A stretch of DNA of 64,000 nt from Marsupella aquatica. Taxonomy: Eukaryota; Plantae; Marchantiophyta. Positions 26,920-40,500 of this stretch are shown piece by piece. The notes under the pieces are model-generated. The model was not told the origin of the DNA and ran no database searches. It saw only the letters and a program-made list of their open reading frames with translations. A program made the position numbers and the translations under genes. Every line of letters starts with the position of its first letter. Position 1 is the stretch's first letter. Where the stretch lies: NCBI GenBank assembly GCA_973895155.1, contig OZ316893.1, positions 5,532,171 to 5,596,170 on the forward strand. The letters run 5' to 3'.

Positions 26920-27875
26920 TCTGGGCTAACACATGGATCCCCTTCTGTGCTGCCAGTGAGAACTGTTTTTTGTGGCAGCTACTACGTACACAGAATACCA
27001 GCCACGCAACATTGGAGGTTTCCCAAATTGCCTCCAACCAATCCTACCACTTGGTGTACCAGATGTGGAAACAATCAGCAAGAAGACATTGTCCAGTGCA
27101 TCTAGACCTGCGACTGTCACAGACAGTCTGGCAATGGGTGCAAGATATTCTTCAACACAGTGCATTCTCCAGGGGGAATCAGGTCCAGTTGCAACCTGCA
27201 CACATTTTTGTTGGAGCCGAGATACCAGATGAATGGGATGTTCCAGCAAAACTTTGGCACACTCTAAGGGCTATCACATTCTGGCAAATTTGGAAGGGAC
27301 GCTGCACACACTTCATCGAACACACTCACCCGAATCCACAGATGGCAATCCGGAAGTCATGGCATCGCCTTAGCATCTACATTAGATGTGACTGGGTTAG
27401 GCACCGAGCCAGGATTCGTGCTGGGAAATCCACCTACATTGATGCTCACCAGCAGATGTCTCAGGATTACGGTACCTGGGATGGATTATGGACGATCCAT
27501 GAATATACACTTCAAGTCCCACCGGTCCCACCAGGTCCTCCGTGAGACCCTTTGCATGTTTACTAGTTTAGGGGTTGCACTGCAGGTAGACTGATAGGGT
27601 TTTCTCTATCATGGACCCACTGTTTGGGACCTCGCCTGTCCCTGGACACTGGCCGGTCTTTGGAGTGTGCTGCTCCTTCTATAGTTTTCTAAACTTCTGG
27701 TTTGGTTTCTTTGCCGTTGAGGCTCAGCTCCTTCTCTGGTTTCCAGTTTTTCCCGGCCATGGCACTTTTGACCTTCGGTCCTTTTGGGTTGGTGTCCCGG
27801 TTTTCTGGGCCCTCCCCATGTTGTATGTTGGCTTTTTGAATGGAATTCAATTGGTTTTTTCGAGGCAAAAATAAA
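26920..27875 (+). mobile_element. 5'-truncated L1-type LINE (ORF2 C-terminal zf-RVT region plus 3' UTR)
   Basis: 15-bp TSD taaaaatgcaaaagc at 26905-26919 and 27876-27890. ORF to 27545 contains FLWQL, VWQWV and LWHTLRAITFWQIWKGRC, typical of plant LINE ORF2 C-termini. T-rich 3' UTR ends in an A-rich tail. Confidence 0.88.
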
Positions 27876-29426
27876 TAAAAATGCAAAAGCCTCTCCACAT
27901 GCAATTCGGCTGTAAGGAACCCAGATTCAATTTCAGGTATTGAGAGCATCTCCAGTCAAGCAGCTTCCTTGAGACGTATTGAAGCGGCCCCGAATTTGGG
28001 CCCCAATATCCAGGCGCCTGCAAACCTCCCAACGCCAACCAGTTGTAAACAAATTGACTGCCATCCCCAAACTGTGCACAAAAGACAAACACACGCGAGA
28101 GTCAAGCTTGTCCCAAACGCAATCCACTGCCTTATGGTGCAAGCCTGATATTGTAACAAATGCTGCAGCGTGATATGTTTGGTGGATTGTAGATTCGTAT
28201 GCAGGTTGATGGAGGAGCTCTGTGTCTCTGTCTATCACCGCCTGTTTGTGGAGGTCGAGAGGCAGTGAATATGCCAGTCCCCCAAAATTACTGAATAAAG
28301 GCATTAGTAAGGTCCATCTTACCCAAATATGTGTTGATATGAGACAGATTAGCAGTTGTAGGACTGCTAGCCTTTGACTGCTAGCCTCCCTCTCAAAGCT
28401 TCTATATTAAGGATGATGACATATGGAGGGTAAAAGAACGGTCATCACTTCTTTCACAAGGTTTTGTTTTTGGTTTTTTCTTTCACTAGCTTCTACACTG
28501 ACTGGTAATGACATACGACCAAATGAATCCTTATGGCAAGAAGTTATGGACTATGATTTTGGTAACCCCTAACTAGGGAGCTAAGGTCCATGAAATTGTC
28601 ACCTTTGAGATGCACTACGAAGGTCATTGTCTTGCCAAACATATGTCCACTAAGTTAGGTAGAGACACACGGCTAAAGGCTTATGCTTGAGGTGGTAAAT
28701 GTGGTTTGTGACCATGCATATGTACACATTAGGGCATCTCAAACCCTGGCGTTAACAAGATAAGGCTCTCCCATAACTCCAGTATTACGGGAACTCTCGT
28801 AAAAGTTATGGGAGCCAATCTTCAGGTACCATAAGGAAAGACCGGGGCCTCAACCTTCACTTGTAACTTCCCACAACTTTTAAGTGCAAATCTAGAAATC
28901 CAGAAATCCAGGTATCCGAGAAGCTGCAACTGAAGACGCATGGACTTTGCACCTGACATGGTGATGGCTACTCCATTTGAGGTGGCAGCTAATCAAGAAT
29001 GAAGGAAACAACAATATAGACTACAAGACAGGTGAGACCATAACTCCTGCCTTACAGGGCTGGTCAATGCTACCTCCCCCCATTGTCTACCATAGATACT
29101 GTGAGTATATAATAGAGTGACTCACACTAAATTGTGTCAACCTTTTTTCTAATCCCAATCACACTAAATAATTTAGTATGTTAAGTCAGACTATGTACTT
29201 TGTATTGAGAGTCCCCTTGAGTCTCAGTTTTATGCCTTATTTCTTAGTGTGGAGTATTCAAGGTCAACACCTCAATTAGTGAGACAAAAACTGTGACTTC
29301 TTGTGACCTCTAATTAGTGTGACGTACACCTGAAATAACAGGACTCACATTATTTTATGTGAGACGTAAAATTTTAACGGCCATGCAACTAGTGTGACTG
29401 TAGTGTGGGATCAAGTTGTATTTCAC

Positions 29427-29774
29427 TAGGGGGTCTCAAATATCGGCCCAGAACATTACTTCCCGGGAGGTCAGACGCGTCCATTATGAGTGTCGCGGGC
29501 AAGTTTACCGGCACCACCTTTCTTTTGTGACCCAATTTTTTTAGGCTCATAAAGTGTGAGTTCCTGTTGGAGAAGAAAGTCGCGAGATGCAGCTTTAGTT
29601 CAAAATTACGGCCAGTCGACGGTTTCGAAGTATCCATCCCGGGCAACGGTAAATCGCCGCAGGAGGTGTGTGCGGGCTAGGCTAAGGGTGTGCCGCACAC
29701 TTTTCAGCCGCGTCCGCCCGAACCTAACTCGGCCGGCCGCTAAAATGTCCCGGGCCTATATTTGAGACCCCCTA
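29427..29774. mobile_element. MITE, about 350 bp, 31-bp TIRs
   Basis: tagggggtctcaaatatcggcccagaacatt ... aatgtcccgggcctatatttgagacccccta (3 mismatches). The outer TA may be the TSD. Interior is CpG-rich. Confidence 0.85.
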
Positions 29775-29974
29775 CTATAATCTGCATGTAATGGAGGGGT
29801 TGTACTCCAAACAGGCTTGGCTGGGTTTAGTTGTCATAGATTAAATTATGATTGTGACATCTCCTCACATCTAAGGATGATGGTCAGATTCTCATTAAAT
29901 GGGCAAGTCTCAGATCCACACAATGAGTCTTTTGTGATTATCATACTACTAGGCTTGTTGTACCTGACTTTAAT

Positions 29975-30095
29975 AGTCTCTCCTTCCTGACGCGGGTCCC
30001 TGAGGCTCACCCTCAAGTGGGTTCCCTACAACGAATCTGTGTCACTAATAGGGTGGGGGCTGGGGAGAGTCTAGCCCTTCAATACAAAAAAAAAT
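29975..30095 (+). mobile_element. SINE 3' fragment related to the 19144 SINE
   Basis: Shares ctctc.ttcctg..gcgggtccctg...ggctcaccct...tgggttccctaca...gagtcta plus an A-tail with 19335-19471. Confidence 0.6.
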
Positions 30096-31291
30096 ATTCT
30101 TCCAAGCAACCAAAATGGACCTATTAACTCTCTGTGATAAAGTGCAGTCCATGCTAGTGGCAGAAATACATGCAAGTATTTTAACGAACCTAGAGATCCG
30201 TCCGTGCTTCATTTGGCACCACTCGTATTCATTTCCCAAAACGAGAGAAAAATGGTTAAATGGCCACATGGTGGAAAGAGTGGGGATCACAGACGCCATG
30301 CAATCCACCAGCAAGGGGGTGCGCAAGAACAGCACCACCAAGCAATCCTCAACCATACAAGATTCCGCGACGAAAATCAGTATAACCTCCCGACAACCGA
30401 CAGCCCAAGACCCACAGGTTTGGTGCGCGCGGGCTCCCCACTTTACAACTCTCATGGCGTTGCGGCACCGTCATCGATCTGTAGCTAAACTTCATTGAGC
30501 CCCTACTCTGCTCTCACTCTTAAATTAGGCCAAAAGCCGAGAGACCGGGAGGCAATGCTCGCCGGTCAGTGATTCGGTGTGCCCAGGAGAAAAAACAGCC
30601 AGCAACAAAAACACGCGGTCGTTCAACTCCGGGATCTCTCGCTGTAGTAGTATAGTCCATTTCACTAGCAGGGTCGGATTGACTCCGTCCCTCATAAGAG
30701 GCGCTCATCATCTCGTCATTGCCTACCTGGGACTCCCAATCAACCATACACTACAGTGAAACCACGTAGCCCGTCCAACGTGGACCTCACTAGAGCTTCA
30801 ACTCGAAGAATGCATGACTGCTTATTAGACGATTTCGGTAAATGGTCTTGGTCTCAGAAGTCAGACAGCTCATCGATCTTTGGACTGGTATAAGATAGTT
30901 TGGTCCGGTCTGGATCCGTGGCATCGTTCACCTGCGAAGAGCTTCAGAAGCTTTCATCCTCTACCGCAGGAGTTACAGTCGAGAGAAGCCATCGCTGGTG
31001 GGAGTTTAATAAGTGTCTGAGTGATAAAGCTTGATACTAAAGTGAATGTTTTCAGAGAACATGCACTGCGGTTGTTGAGTTAGCTAATGAAGAACAGCAC
31101 AATCTGCTCCTCATTATCGACGACCAACTAACAGGCGGTTCATTGAGGAGAAGAAATTGGTTTAATAAGATCGATACTACGAAGGGAGCTGCACAGGACT
31201 GCACGGCAGAAGAACTAGTGGGGATTGTGGAGCAGGAGGGAATCCGAAGAACGGAGCCTGTAGCCAGAATCAGTGGTATCTTTCTCGTTTG

Positions 31292-32630
31292 ATGGCACTG
31301 TGGAATTGCGAGGATGAGGCGGCCTGCTCAGGCAGGCTGGTGGTAGTTGCTGGCGTGTGGAATGTTGTGGGACAATGGCTCGTTCGCAGGCTCTTGGAGA
31401 AGGGCTACAGAGTTCGTTCTGCTCTTTCAACCAGGCCTGGTAAGGATTTGATATGAAATGTGCAAAGAATATGGTGGACTTAACATAGTTGCTCAGTATT
31501 TGCTGGGCCTCACTGCCCATTCGTTTCTCAAGAAGGGGAAACCTTGGTAGCTTCATCCTTCTAGAATGTGATAGCTATGATCGTAGTCCTTGAACCAATA
31601 GAGACAATGGATATCTTATCCTTCTGGAAGTGCAGACTTCTGGCCTTAATTTGCTCTTCTCGAAGTCGAAAATCTGCTTGCCTTGCCACCGTCGTTTCAA
31701 ATCAGTCTCGAGATTTTTGTTGTTGACGCGTTGCTGTGGATGCAGAGGAAGCGGCTGAGCTGATGGCTCTTACAGGTGCCGAAGAAAACCTTCAGTTGGC
31801 GGCAGCGGATCTTCTGGACTATGGTGACCTCACGAGAGCATTCCACGGCTGCTCCGCTGTGTTTTTTACTACTCCTTCCGCAGACTCGCTCAATGGACTC
31901 AAAGAATACCCTGTAAGCCTTTCTCCTTCTTTTCTTTTCTTCATGTAGAAACAATTCACTGTCTCGCCGGGCTTCGCCTGTTTAGTCGTTGAATTTATTC
32001 ACAGAATGTTAATTTTTGTACTAAGATTTGAAATCAAACAGATGGTTTGGGTGCGGTTGAGCTGACAATTTGAATCGTACCCTTTCTGGCTGGCAGGCGG
32101 AGATGATAGAGAGTGAAGTTCGCAGCACATTGAATGTCGTGGAGGCATGCGCGAACACGAGTTCTGTGAAGAGGTTGATCCTGACATCGTGTGCCTCAAC
32201 AATCGTGTTCGATTCCCACAATACCAGAGGTGGGGCGGTGGTTGACGAGCGTTGCTGGAGTGACATGGACTTTTGCCGTGAAAATAAGCTATGGGGGGCA
32301 GTTTGCAAGACATCAGCAGAGCGAGCTGCTTGGGCTCTCGCGCGGGACAGAGGACTGAACCTGGTGGTCATTAACCCTGCCACTGTCGTTGGTCCCACCT
32401 CCGCCAATGCAACACCAAATTCCTTGATATCTCATCTTAAAGAGGGAAGGCAAAGCGCAGTCATGGCATACGCTCATGTTGATGAAGTTGCTGATGCCCA
32501 TATCAGGGCCATGGAAAATCAAGATGCTGCTGGTCGTTTTTTGGTGTTTCATCGCCTCCTCTCGAGCAAAGAGTCTAGTGAAGTTCAGAAATCATATACC
32601 AATTCTGCCAGGTACACCACCCTTCATTAG
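31292..32630 (+). CDS. Cinnamoyl-CoA reductase-like (SNL6-type) NAD(P)-dependent epimerase/dehydratase family protein, 3 exons, about 282 aa
   Basis: Exons 31292-31439, 31746-31912 and 32097-32630 with GT-AG and compatible phases. Motifs LVRRLLEKGYRVR, ADLLDY..L..AFHGC..VF, NVVEACA.T.SVKRLILTS, WSD.DFCRENKLW, VVINPA.VVGP, AHVDEVA.AHI.A.E and GRFL. The start and a possible extra 3' exon (donor near 32611) are uncertain. Confidence 0.9.
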
Positions 32631-33487
32631 GTCTCATCCCCTGTTTTATGTACTGAAGAATTAGCATATTAGCAAGAAAACAAGCTCAAGGACAAAGTAT
32701 GCGTGAGCTAAGTTTCAACTTATGCATGCATTGTCGTCCTCTTTGCTCAATGTTTACAATTTGTATTAAATTGTAAACATGTGGTCCAGAGAGTCATTTA
32801 TGCTCGAAGGCCTAGAACGATTGTTGATGCAGTGTATTTTTACGTGTGCAGAGTTTTGGAGTCCTGGAGGTGCATACCACTCTCAAACCAAAAGTTGCAG
32901 AGGTTGGAAACTAGTGTATGAAATGTACGTTTTTAACTCTCATATACACGACTACAAGCAGCTCGAATAGTGTACAGTGCATGCAAAGGGGATCTCACTA
33001 CTTTGGTGCAACTTCTGCGGCAAGAGACTTTTGTGATGGAGAGAAATATGAGGGGATCGAAAAGTTAGGATACTTGGAAACATGTACAGTTAGAATCCAT
33101 TCACCAACACATAATCACAATCTCGAAGGAATTGTTGATAGATTAGAGGTACGCACTAAAGGCAGGTTCCGAATTCGGAAACGTACACAGTTCATTGTCT
33201 GTTGCTTTGGAAAGTGCTTCGAGGGTTAAATCAGTACACTACTTTGTACTCATTCAACTCTAACTTGTGCCGTGAACTGTCGATCCATCGGCATGTGAAG
33301 CAGTTTAAAAGACCGGGCAATCTGATTTCTTTCAGAATAAATCCCAATCCGCTTGGGGCATTTTTAGACACTTTTTAGGGACAACCATTGATTCCATTTT
33401 GGTGGCAGGATGTTTAAATTGGGATTTGAACAATTTGGATTTGATCTCTTAAATTACTGAATTCTGAAATCATATTACGCGGCAGAT

Positions 33488-33571
33488 TTCCTTGCAGTTG
33501 GACAAAGTGAGGACGAAATTTTCTTTCATTCCTTGCAGTGGGACAAAGTGAGGACGAATCTTCTTTCATTC
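33488..33571. repeat. 41-bp tandem duplication
   Basis: ttccttgcagt.ggacaaagtgaggacgaa..ttctttca occurs twice. Confidence 0.85.
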
Positions 33572-36500
33572 AGTTATGGCACGGATAAGCTTACCTGAAA
33601 TTCGATTCACCTTTTCAGAACTCTAAACGGGCTGCCTGTCCAGTTTCTAATTGTCACCCTTCGTCCCAAGGTAGCGTTTTCCAGAAGTTTCTGGTTCTCT
33701 CTCAATGGGTTGTTGCATAATTCACTCCTCAAAGGAAAGTGTGTAAACACTCACAAATACAAAGCCAAAACTAGCGAAAATCTTTGACAACATGCCACTT
33801 CACATGGGCTGAAAGAGGGATGATCATGGTGTTCCACTGCTATTGAACACAATTTTTGCATAGACTTTAGCTTCTGCCTTAGAAACCTTCCTCAAGCTCT
33901 TTCAATCCAAAAATTCTTCTTGCAATAACTTGACTAACTTCAATGTGGACATATTTGAACTATTGAATGGAAACTCTATTCTGCCAACTTTGTCTAAATG
34001 TGCCAAATGGTAGACTGCTGGTTCTCGACTCTTCCAGACACACCTCACAACTTTCACGAGTCTCATTCAAGCAGTGAGATATGAGGTTCTTGTCAGGTTA
34101 AAGATCCATCATGATGCTGACGCCAAAGTTGTAGTCTATGGGCTTGAGACCTATCTAAACACAAGGCAGGGTAAGAGCTAGCTCACCTGAAAAAGAAACC
34201 TGCCAGTAACTAACTCCCCTCACTTGAGAGCATGATGGTCATCCGTTGGCCTTGTTAGAGACCTGTTCTCGTGTCTTTGAATAGATTCCTCTTCCCTCCT
34301 GCCCCCTCCATTGGACCATCTCACCTCTTCATTCTTTCACCTCATAATAATCTTAATCAAATCTCACCGGACTCGCAATATCTTTGAACCTTCCCCTTTT
34401 TCTAAGTTTTTACATACTATCCGCTTCTCAACTTTGCAACCCGTTTTTCATCACAAGTTTCATATTCCGCGCTTTTCGCAAAACTGCCATCCATTCACCT
34501 TCTTAAACTTTTGAAGCACAAGCTCTCTCAAAACATTTGCAATCTGCAAAACTTTGCAAATATTATTTCAATCGGTTTTGGAGTCATTGAGCGGTTGTGG
34601 CATCTTTATAAACCGCCTTTCCATTCTGCGTGTTTAGGTAAAAATTGCAAACCCACACACTTCGCAACGTTTTAGCAATACAAATCGCTTTAAACGAGAC
34701 ATTTGAGATAGCAATAGAATTGCAAAGTGCGATGCAGGTTGGTTCACAAAAATGGTGGACCTAGCCACCCAGCGCCCTCACCAATCCCAACACCCACGCC
34801 TAAGTGCCCTTGGTGCCCAAACGCCTCCATGGAACTCCTTAAGCATGCAACTTGATGCCCCTTGCACCCCCAGCGACCACTCCCATACAAAGCCGCACTT
34901 GCTCCCTAACACGACCGTTGAACCGTCGTTCAAGGGTCCTCACTGTCTGCACAAGCGACGAAACGCTCCGGTAAGTAACCCATGAATCTAGGCATTCCAA
35001 AACTAGCATCCTAACTCAAGATCAGCAGACATTGGTAAGTAGATCAGCAACAGGGTCAGCAAATAGGACCTCCCTGGCCCGCACGGCCTTGCCTTATAGC
35101 CAGAACCAACACTCATTGTTAAGCCAGAATAGTCCCTCTTCAGGTGCAGCCCTGGCTCCCCCACATATCTCTCCATCATCGGTTGGCCACCCTACCCCCA
35201 GTACATGCTTATTGCCCAAATAGCGTAGCTTGTCCTAAAGCTTGTCCCATGTTTCTCCTATGTCGTGCGCATACACATCGCTACACAACATACATCGTTT
35301 GTCACACACATCCAAACACAATCACAATGTAGCATCACAAACACAAGAGAATGGAATACAAGTGGAACTCATGTCCACACATGTCCAAAACCCACAATAA
35401 TCTTCTCAGAAATCAGCACGACAATCCCGGTCAACAATACCCCATCAATCCCGCACCGATCTGATCACACATGTATGTCAAGCCAACGCACCTTGCACTA
35501 CTCAAGGAATCCACATTACACAAGCAGAGCTCACAGCCACCATAGCCACACTCGAGCTCCTCTCTCTCCAAGGCTCAACATCGAAAGATGACCTTTCGAT
35601 GCCTCACAAGGGAGAACTACTCTCCCACACAAACCTAATGGAACCCTATCGGCTCCAATAGCACACATACAAAATGTACATACTCAACTAGCACTATATA
35701 CTACAACAACATCTAGAATGGTGTGAAACCTAACACATTGGGACCAAAATGGCCCCAACTCACGGTTCTCACTCAACTGATAGCCTAGGGGCCAAGTGCA
35801 CTTGGAACTCAACCTCCATGCCTACTTGGCCTTGCCTCCCCAATGCAAGCTCCCGTGGGAACTCAACACGGTTTGGCTACTATTTCGGCTGGATTTGGCA
35901 AGCGGGCAATATAGCCCCCACAAACCCCTAGCATCCATGGCACCCCTAGACCCAACTAAGCTCAGTAGTATGTAGTGTTCCTTGAGATCTTTCCAACGCA
36001 CCGTTTCCGTTTGGCATCTCCCCTTGGTGTTGCGACCACCGCGGTTCACTACTTGGGCTCCCCCTTGGCCCCTAGGGAGACACCACTCCCCTCATACATG
36101 CTTCTTGAGACCTGCCACCCCCAAATCTACTTTGGTCCCCAAATTGTGGCACTCATGGGCAAGCAACTAACTTGCTATGCCCATACCTTTGTAGCTAGGC
36201 GTCTGTAGGGAGAGTGTCTTAGCCCGTTGTGATTTGACCAACCCAATGCTCGTGCCTAGGCCCTAAGAACCCATTGTCACTCGGGTGTCCCGGGTGGCTG
36301 CACTTGGGCGAGTTTATAATCATTTTGGTGAATCAATTGCGTTTAATTGGTTTACATTGGAGCTTCAAATGGAAAGAGGACCAATTTCCTAAAATTAGCC
36401 AAACAAAGTACAATGAATGGAGTAAAGCCAAGTGAGAAAAAACACAAAAACCAAGCAACAAACAATTCTGCAACAGTGTGATGAACTAATGATCCAGATC

Positions 36501-37040
36501 TTGTTGTAAGTAAATGTACAAGTGGGACATGGATGTCCTCTAAGGGGGCAAGCCTATTCTGAGGCGCACCAGTGAGTACATCCCCAAGGATTGCTCCCAA
36601 TTGAGAGGTGCATAGCACATTCCTTTATGGCTTGAACACTTGTGCCCAGATCATACAAATTCAAACTGTAGAGTCAGTGGATCTTTCAAGCAAAGATTGA
36701 AGAATATTAACAAAATGATATGCATAAATTAATTTAATCTTCAACCCAGAGGGTGCTATATAGTGAGGTAGTCTCAACTGTGAGAATGGCACTGACTTTG
36801 GTCTCTCAAGGTGTAGCATTTTGGCTGCTGGAGACCACTTACTCTGAATTTCTAAAGTGAAATTGTGTTTATAAGGCCTCCTTATGTCAGAGACATAGAG
36901 GATCAATGGCAGAACAACAGAGAAGCAATGGAGGGCCAAGCAATGACTAAAGTTTCCTTGGCAAAACGAAAATGAGTAAAATTCTCTTAAATTACAATCA
37001 ATAAAATGATCCGATTTGACAATGTCAGAATTTGATCTTC

Positions 37041-37524
37041 GTGGTCTTACGTATTGGGCTATGATGGAGGTCTTTACTACTTAGTTGACAAATGTTTTAT
37101 TGTCCACTATCATCCATTGTGGGTTTTTGATGCGCCATGAATTCTTTCTTGTTATTGCCTTTAGGATTCACCTCCTTTAGTTGTGATCCTGGGCTTTTTG
37201 TTTCTATGCTTTGGTTTTTATTCTGCAATTGGGTTGATCCGTTACTTGGATCTTTGCTGGTTTAAGGTTGCTCAGATCTTTGCTTCTCGTTGGGTATCTT
37301 CCTGTACTCTTGTCTGAGTTTGCCTTCATTTCTGCGGCAGCTTGACTGAGTCACTCGAATTCCCTTTCCTTGTAGTTAATTCTTGTTTATCTTCCCACTT
37401 GGCCCAACATGTTTGGTCTTGGTGTGGTCCTCAATTCCTTTTTGGTTCTGGCCTGGTACTCCCCCTCTTTATTGGGTGTTACTTTTCACATGAGTAAAGT
37501 GCTCCATCAAGAAATAAAAATAAA
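37041..37524 (+). mobile_element. Short non-LTR retrotransposon 3' tail
   Basis: 12-bp TSD aatttgatcttc at 37029-37040 and 37525-37536. T-rich body and aaataaaaataaa tail. Confidence 0.7.
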
Positions 37525-40500
37525 AATTTGATCTTCTGGCAAGATATATGCGTAAACAGAATATGATAAAGCTGATTACGATAATTTCTCAGAGGAATGA
37601 GAAACATTCGCTTTCTTCCAAGTGAATCCTTTGTTCTCTCTTGCGTTATTCACCTGGTACCTCTCAATTGCTTGTCGCCAACCACATGTCAACAAATTGA
37701 TGATACGATGTAAAAAGCTGTCCATGATGACATTGGAACAATGAAATGCATGGTGTGCTGTTCAAGTATTTTTTGTCATTACGCTGTCATCTCCTGCTGT
37801 GCTGTTGCTCTTCTCTCTGTTTGCAAACAAAACTTCTCCTTATTAGAACCAGTTCTGGATTGGGTCAAAAGGTATTTGCTCGGCAGCCCAACAAAAATTG
37901 TTTTCTTCCTCTCCTGTATGATCAGTTCTTCCACGGAAAATGAACAGAATGTAGCTCAAATTGCGGAAGTAGGAGCCACTCATTTTGTATCTTTCAAGAC
38001 TATCAATAATTTCCACAGGTTCTCCTAAATATTTTGTGGTTAAGCACTGTGACACAAAAACCCGTGAAAGCTTGCCTTGTCAAACAGAGAATTGGATCTC
38101 GCTCAATCCTGAAGCCAAAACCAACCAATGCGCTCAATTGTCAGCCAAATAATATCAACAAACAACCTGAAACTTCTCAATTGAAAGAAGAAACACAACA
38201 CAAAGTTCCGTCTCTCTCCTGCTCCATGTGCCAAAATGATTTCAGATACTCAGTCTAGTACAACTTGTAATTGCAGCATCACCACTCGGCGAGTAGCATA
38301 AATTGACGAATATTTCTCTTCGACTACACAAATTGCAAACACTTTTGAGCAAAAACACAAAAATATTGACTGAATGGGTGCATTCGTCTACTGCGGTAAA
38401 ACCTTAATAGCTCGGAGTGAAGAAGAGTAGTCCAGCTCGGGGGATGGGATGTGGGTGCTTGTTGTGCTATTTTCTTGCAGTCGCTACTTTACAAGCGCTA
38501 GCTATGCTATCCGCTGCCGATTGTGCTCTGAAAGTGCCATTCAGGGAAGCTGCTTCAAGACAACATTAAGAGATGGGAAGGGATCGATAGCTTACGAGGG
38601 ATTCATTCCCAGAGAGAGAATCGCTATGAGAAAGTCTTCGAGAGAAAACCCGATCGAGGTCCACCCACCAATATCTCTAGTAAAATCTGTCAGGAATCAC
38701 TTGATGCTGTTCTTTTCCATTGGCTGACTCCTGGTTCAGATTGGGACTTGCCATGCTATCAACATCACAGTTTGTTCAGTTTAGATACTTAGGTGGGATG
38801 GACTATTGTTCTGGAGTCACATCTTTTCTGTTTCTAGTTCTCTGACTCTTTGGTTTGATCTCAGTGTGACCAATCAATTGCAGTGCCCTTTTGGCCACCG
38901 CTGACTTCCGGGTTGGCTTCATGCTTTGCCAAGTGGTGGCTTGTTGCACTGCCTCCCCTTGGGGGTACTATATAGTATGGTTTTCCCTCTTTGTTGAGCA
39001 GGGATTTTTCATTCATTTCTGTGTCACTCAGTTTGCATGTCATAAAAAATCTTGTATAATCTTCGACTTTATCTCATCAAGGCTGAGAAAGGCAGAATGG
39101 CTCAGAGAATGTCTTTGCACATCACTATCATTGTGTAGGGAGATCTTTCCTTTGCAATGTCGTGATCGAATTATAATAATACCCCTAAATGACTGTACAA
39201 GATCTAGCAGGCAAGCTTCGCTTTCACTCAAAACCGAAATAGAGTTTGTCAAAGGCCTCAAACCTCGGTGCATTGGTTCAGACACGACCATTTAATTCCC
39301 GGTACCAACCTGTGCTGCACACAAGCCCCAATCGCTGTCCTCATTTGCCCTGTAAACCCATCCTGTCATATAGACCCATTCCCTGTCCGTGTTCCTCCCA
39401 TTGTCTACAGCACAACCCATTGGTCTACTAGTTTAGATTGCAGAAATGGGACGAATAGGTCTAAGTAGCGAAGGTTTACTACTAAATGGGACTGATGTCT
39501 TCAGAAATTGCCCCTTCTGTTATCACCAAGTCATTTCTACAAAGCAATTATCAAAGCTGCCGTCAAACTGCTTGAGTATAATTATGTCTACGGATCTTAT
39601 GCATAAGAGTCCTGACAGAAAAAAGTGAGGAGGGAGGGAGGATGACCTTTCTTTGGACATTGATGTGGGTGACTGAGGTGCCATTTTGCCGGTCCTTCTC
39701 ATCGTTGGGCTTGAAATCGCAGTCATAGCTGTAATTTCCAGGAGCGTTCAGGCGTTCTAAATGAGTTGTAACCCAGAAATTGAAGGAGATCTCTACAGAA
39801 TCTGAGTCAGCGCATCGCTTCACGGGTTGGAAGACATTTATGGGTTAGTCTGGATTGAAATTGGCAGAAGGCAGAAGGGAGCAAGTTCATCTGGATTCGT
39901 GGGAGGTGACTTAATTTGGGTCTGTTACGAACCTCTGTTTATTGAGGTCTTCAGAGAATTTGGCCTCTACTTTGTGGGTGCAGCGTGTAGGGTCTATCAC
40001 GGGGTCTGTAGATAAATTCTTGTGGACGATATTGGGAGTTGAGTCGCGAATTTGTGCGAACGTGACCATAACCAGCACTTGCATGGTTTCCTTGGTAAGA
40101 CATTCCTAGACATGCCCTGAAACTAGCTTATGAACAAGGCCAATACATTCCTAGACATCCGCAAAAATGAAACTAGCTTAAGAACGAGGCACATATCAGC
40201 AGCCTCCTCAGCACCGACTTAGTAACATTCTTGGACCAAGTTCCATGGATGACGAGGGATGTACAGGATGAAAATCTATCGATCTTCTGTATCCCTAGGT
40301 ACCAAAATATTAATTAGCATGACACTGTCATCACGTTTCAAATCGCGAAATGTTCATACAAGGGTACCTCCAAAAACGTTCTGTTCATCCGACCATGAAG
40401 GAGCTCAAAAGGGAACCCGGCTCTTTACATGTAACTGATGAAATGGAATAGAGTGTGGGACGCAACGGACGCAAGCCTGGGGCCATCTATGATTGCCCTT

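Noticed and set aside
26801-28092. Minus-strand ORFs that join in frame (about 106 aa) when the LINE is removed
   Set aside because: Short, with no recognisable motif and a stop just upstream; compatible with chance.
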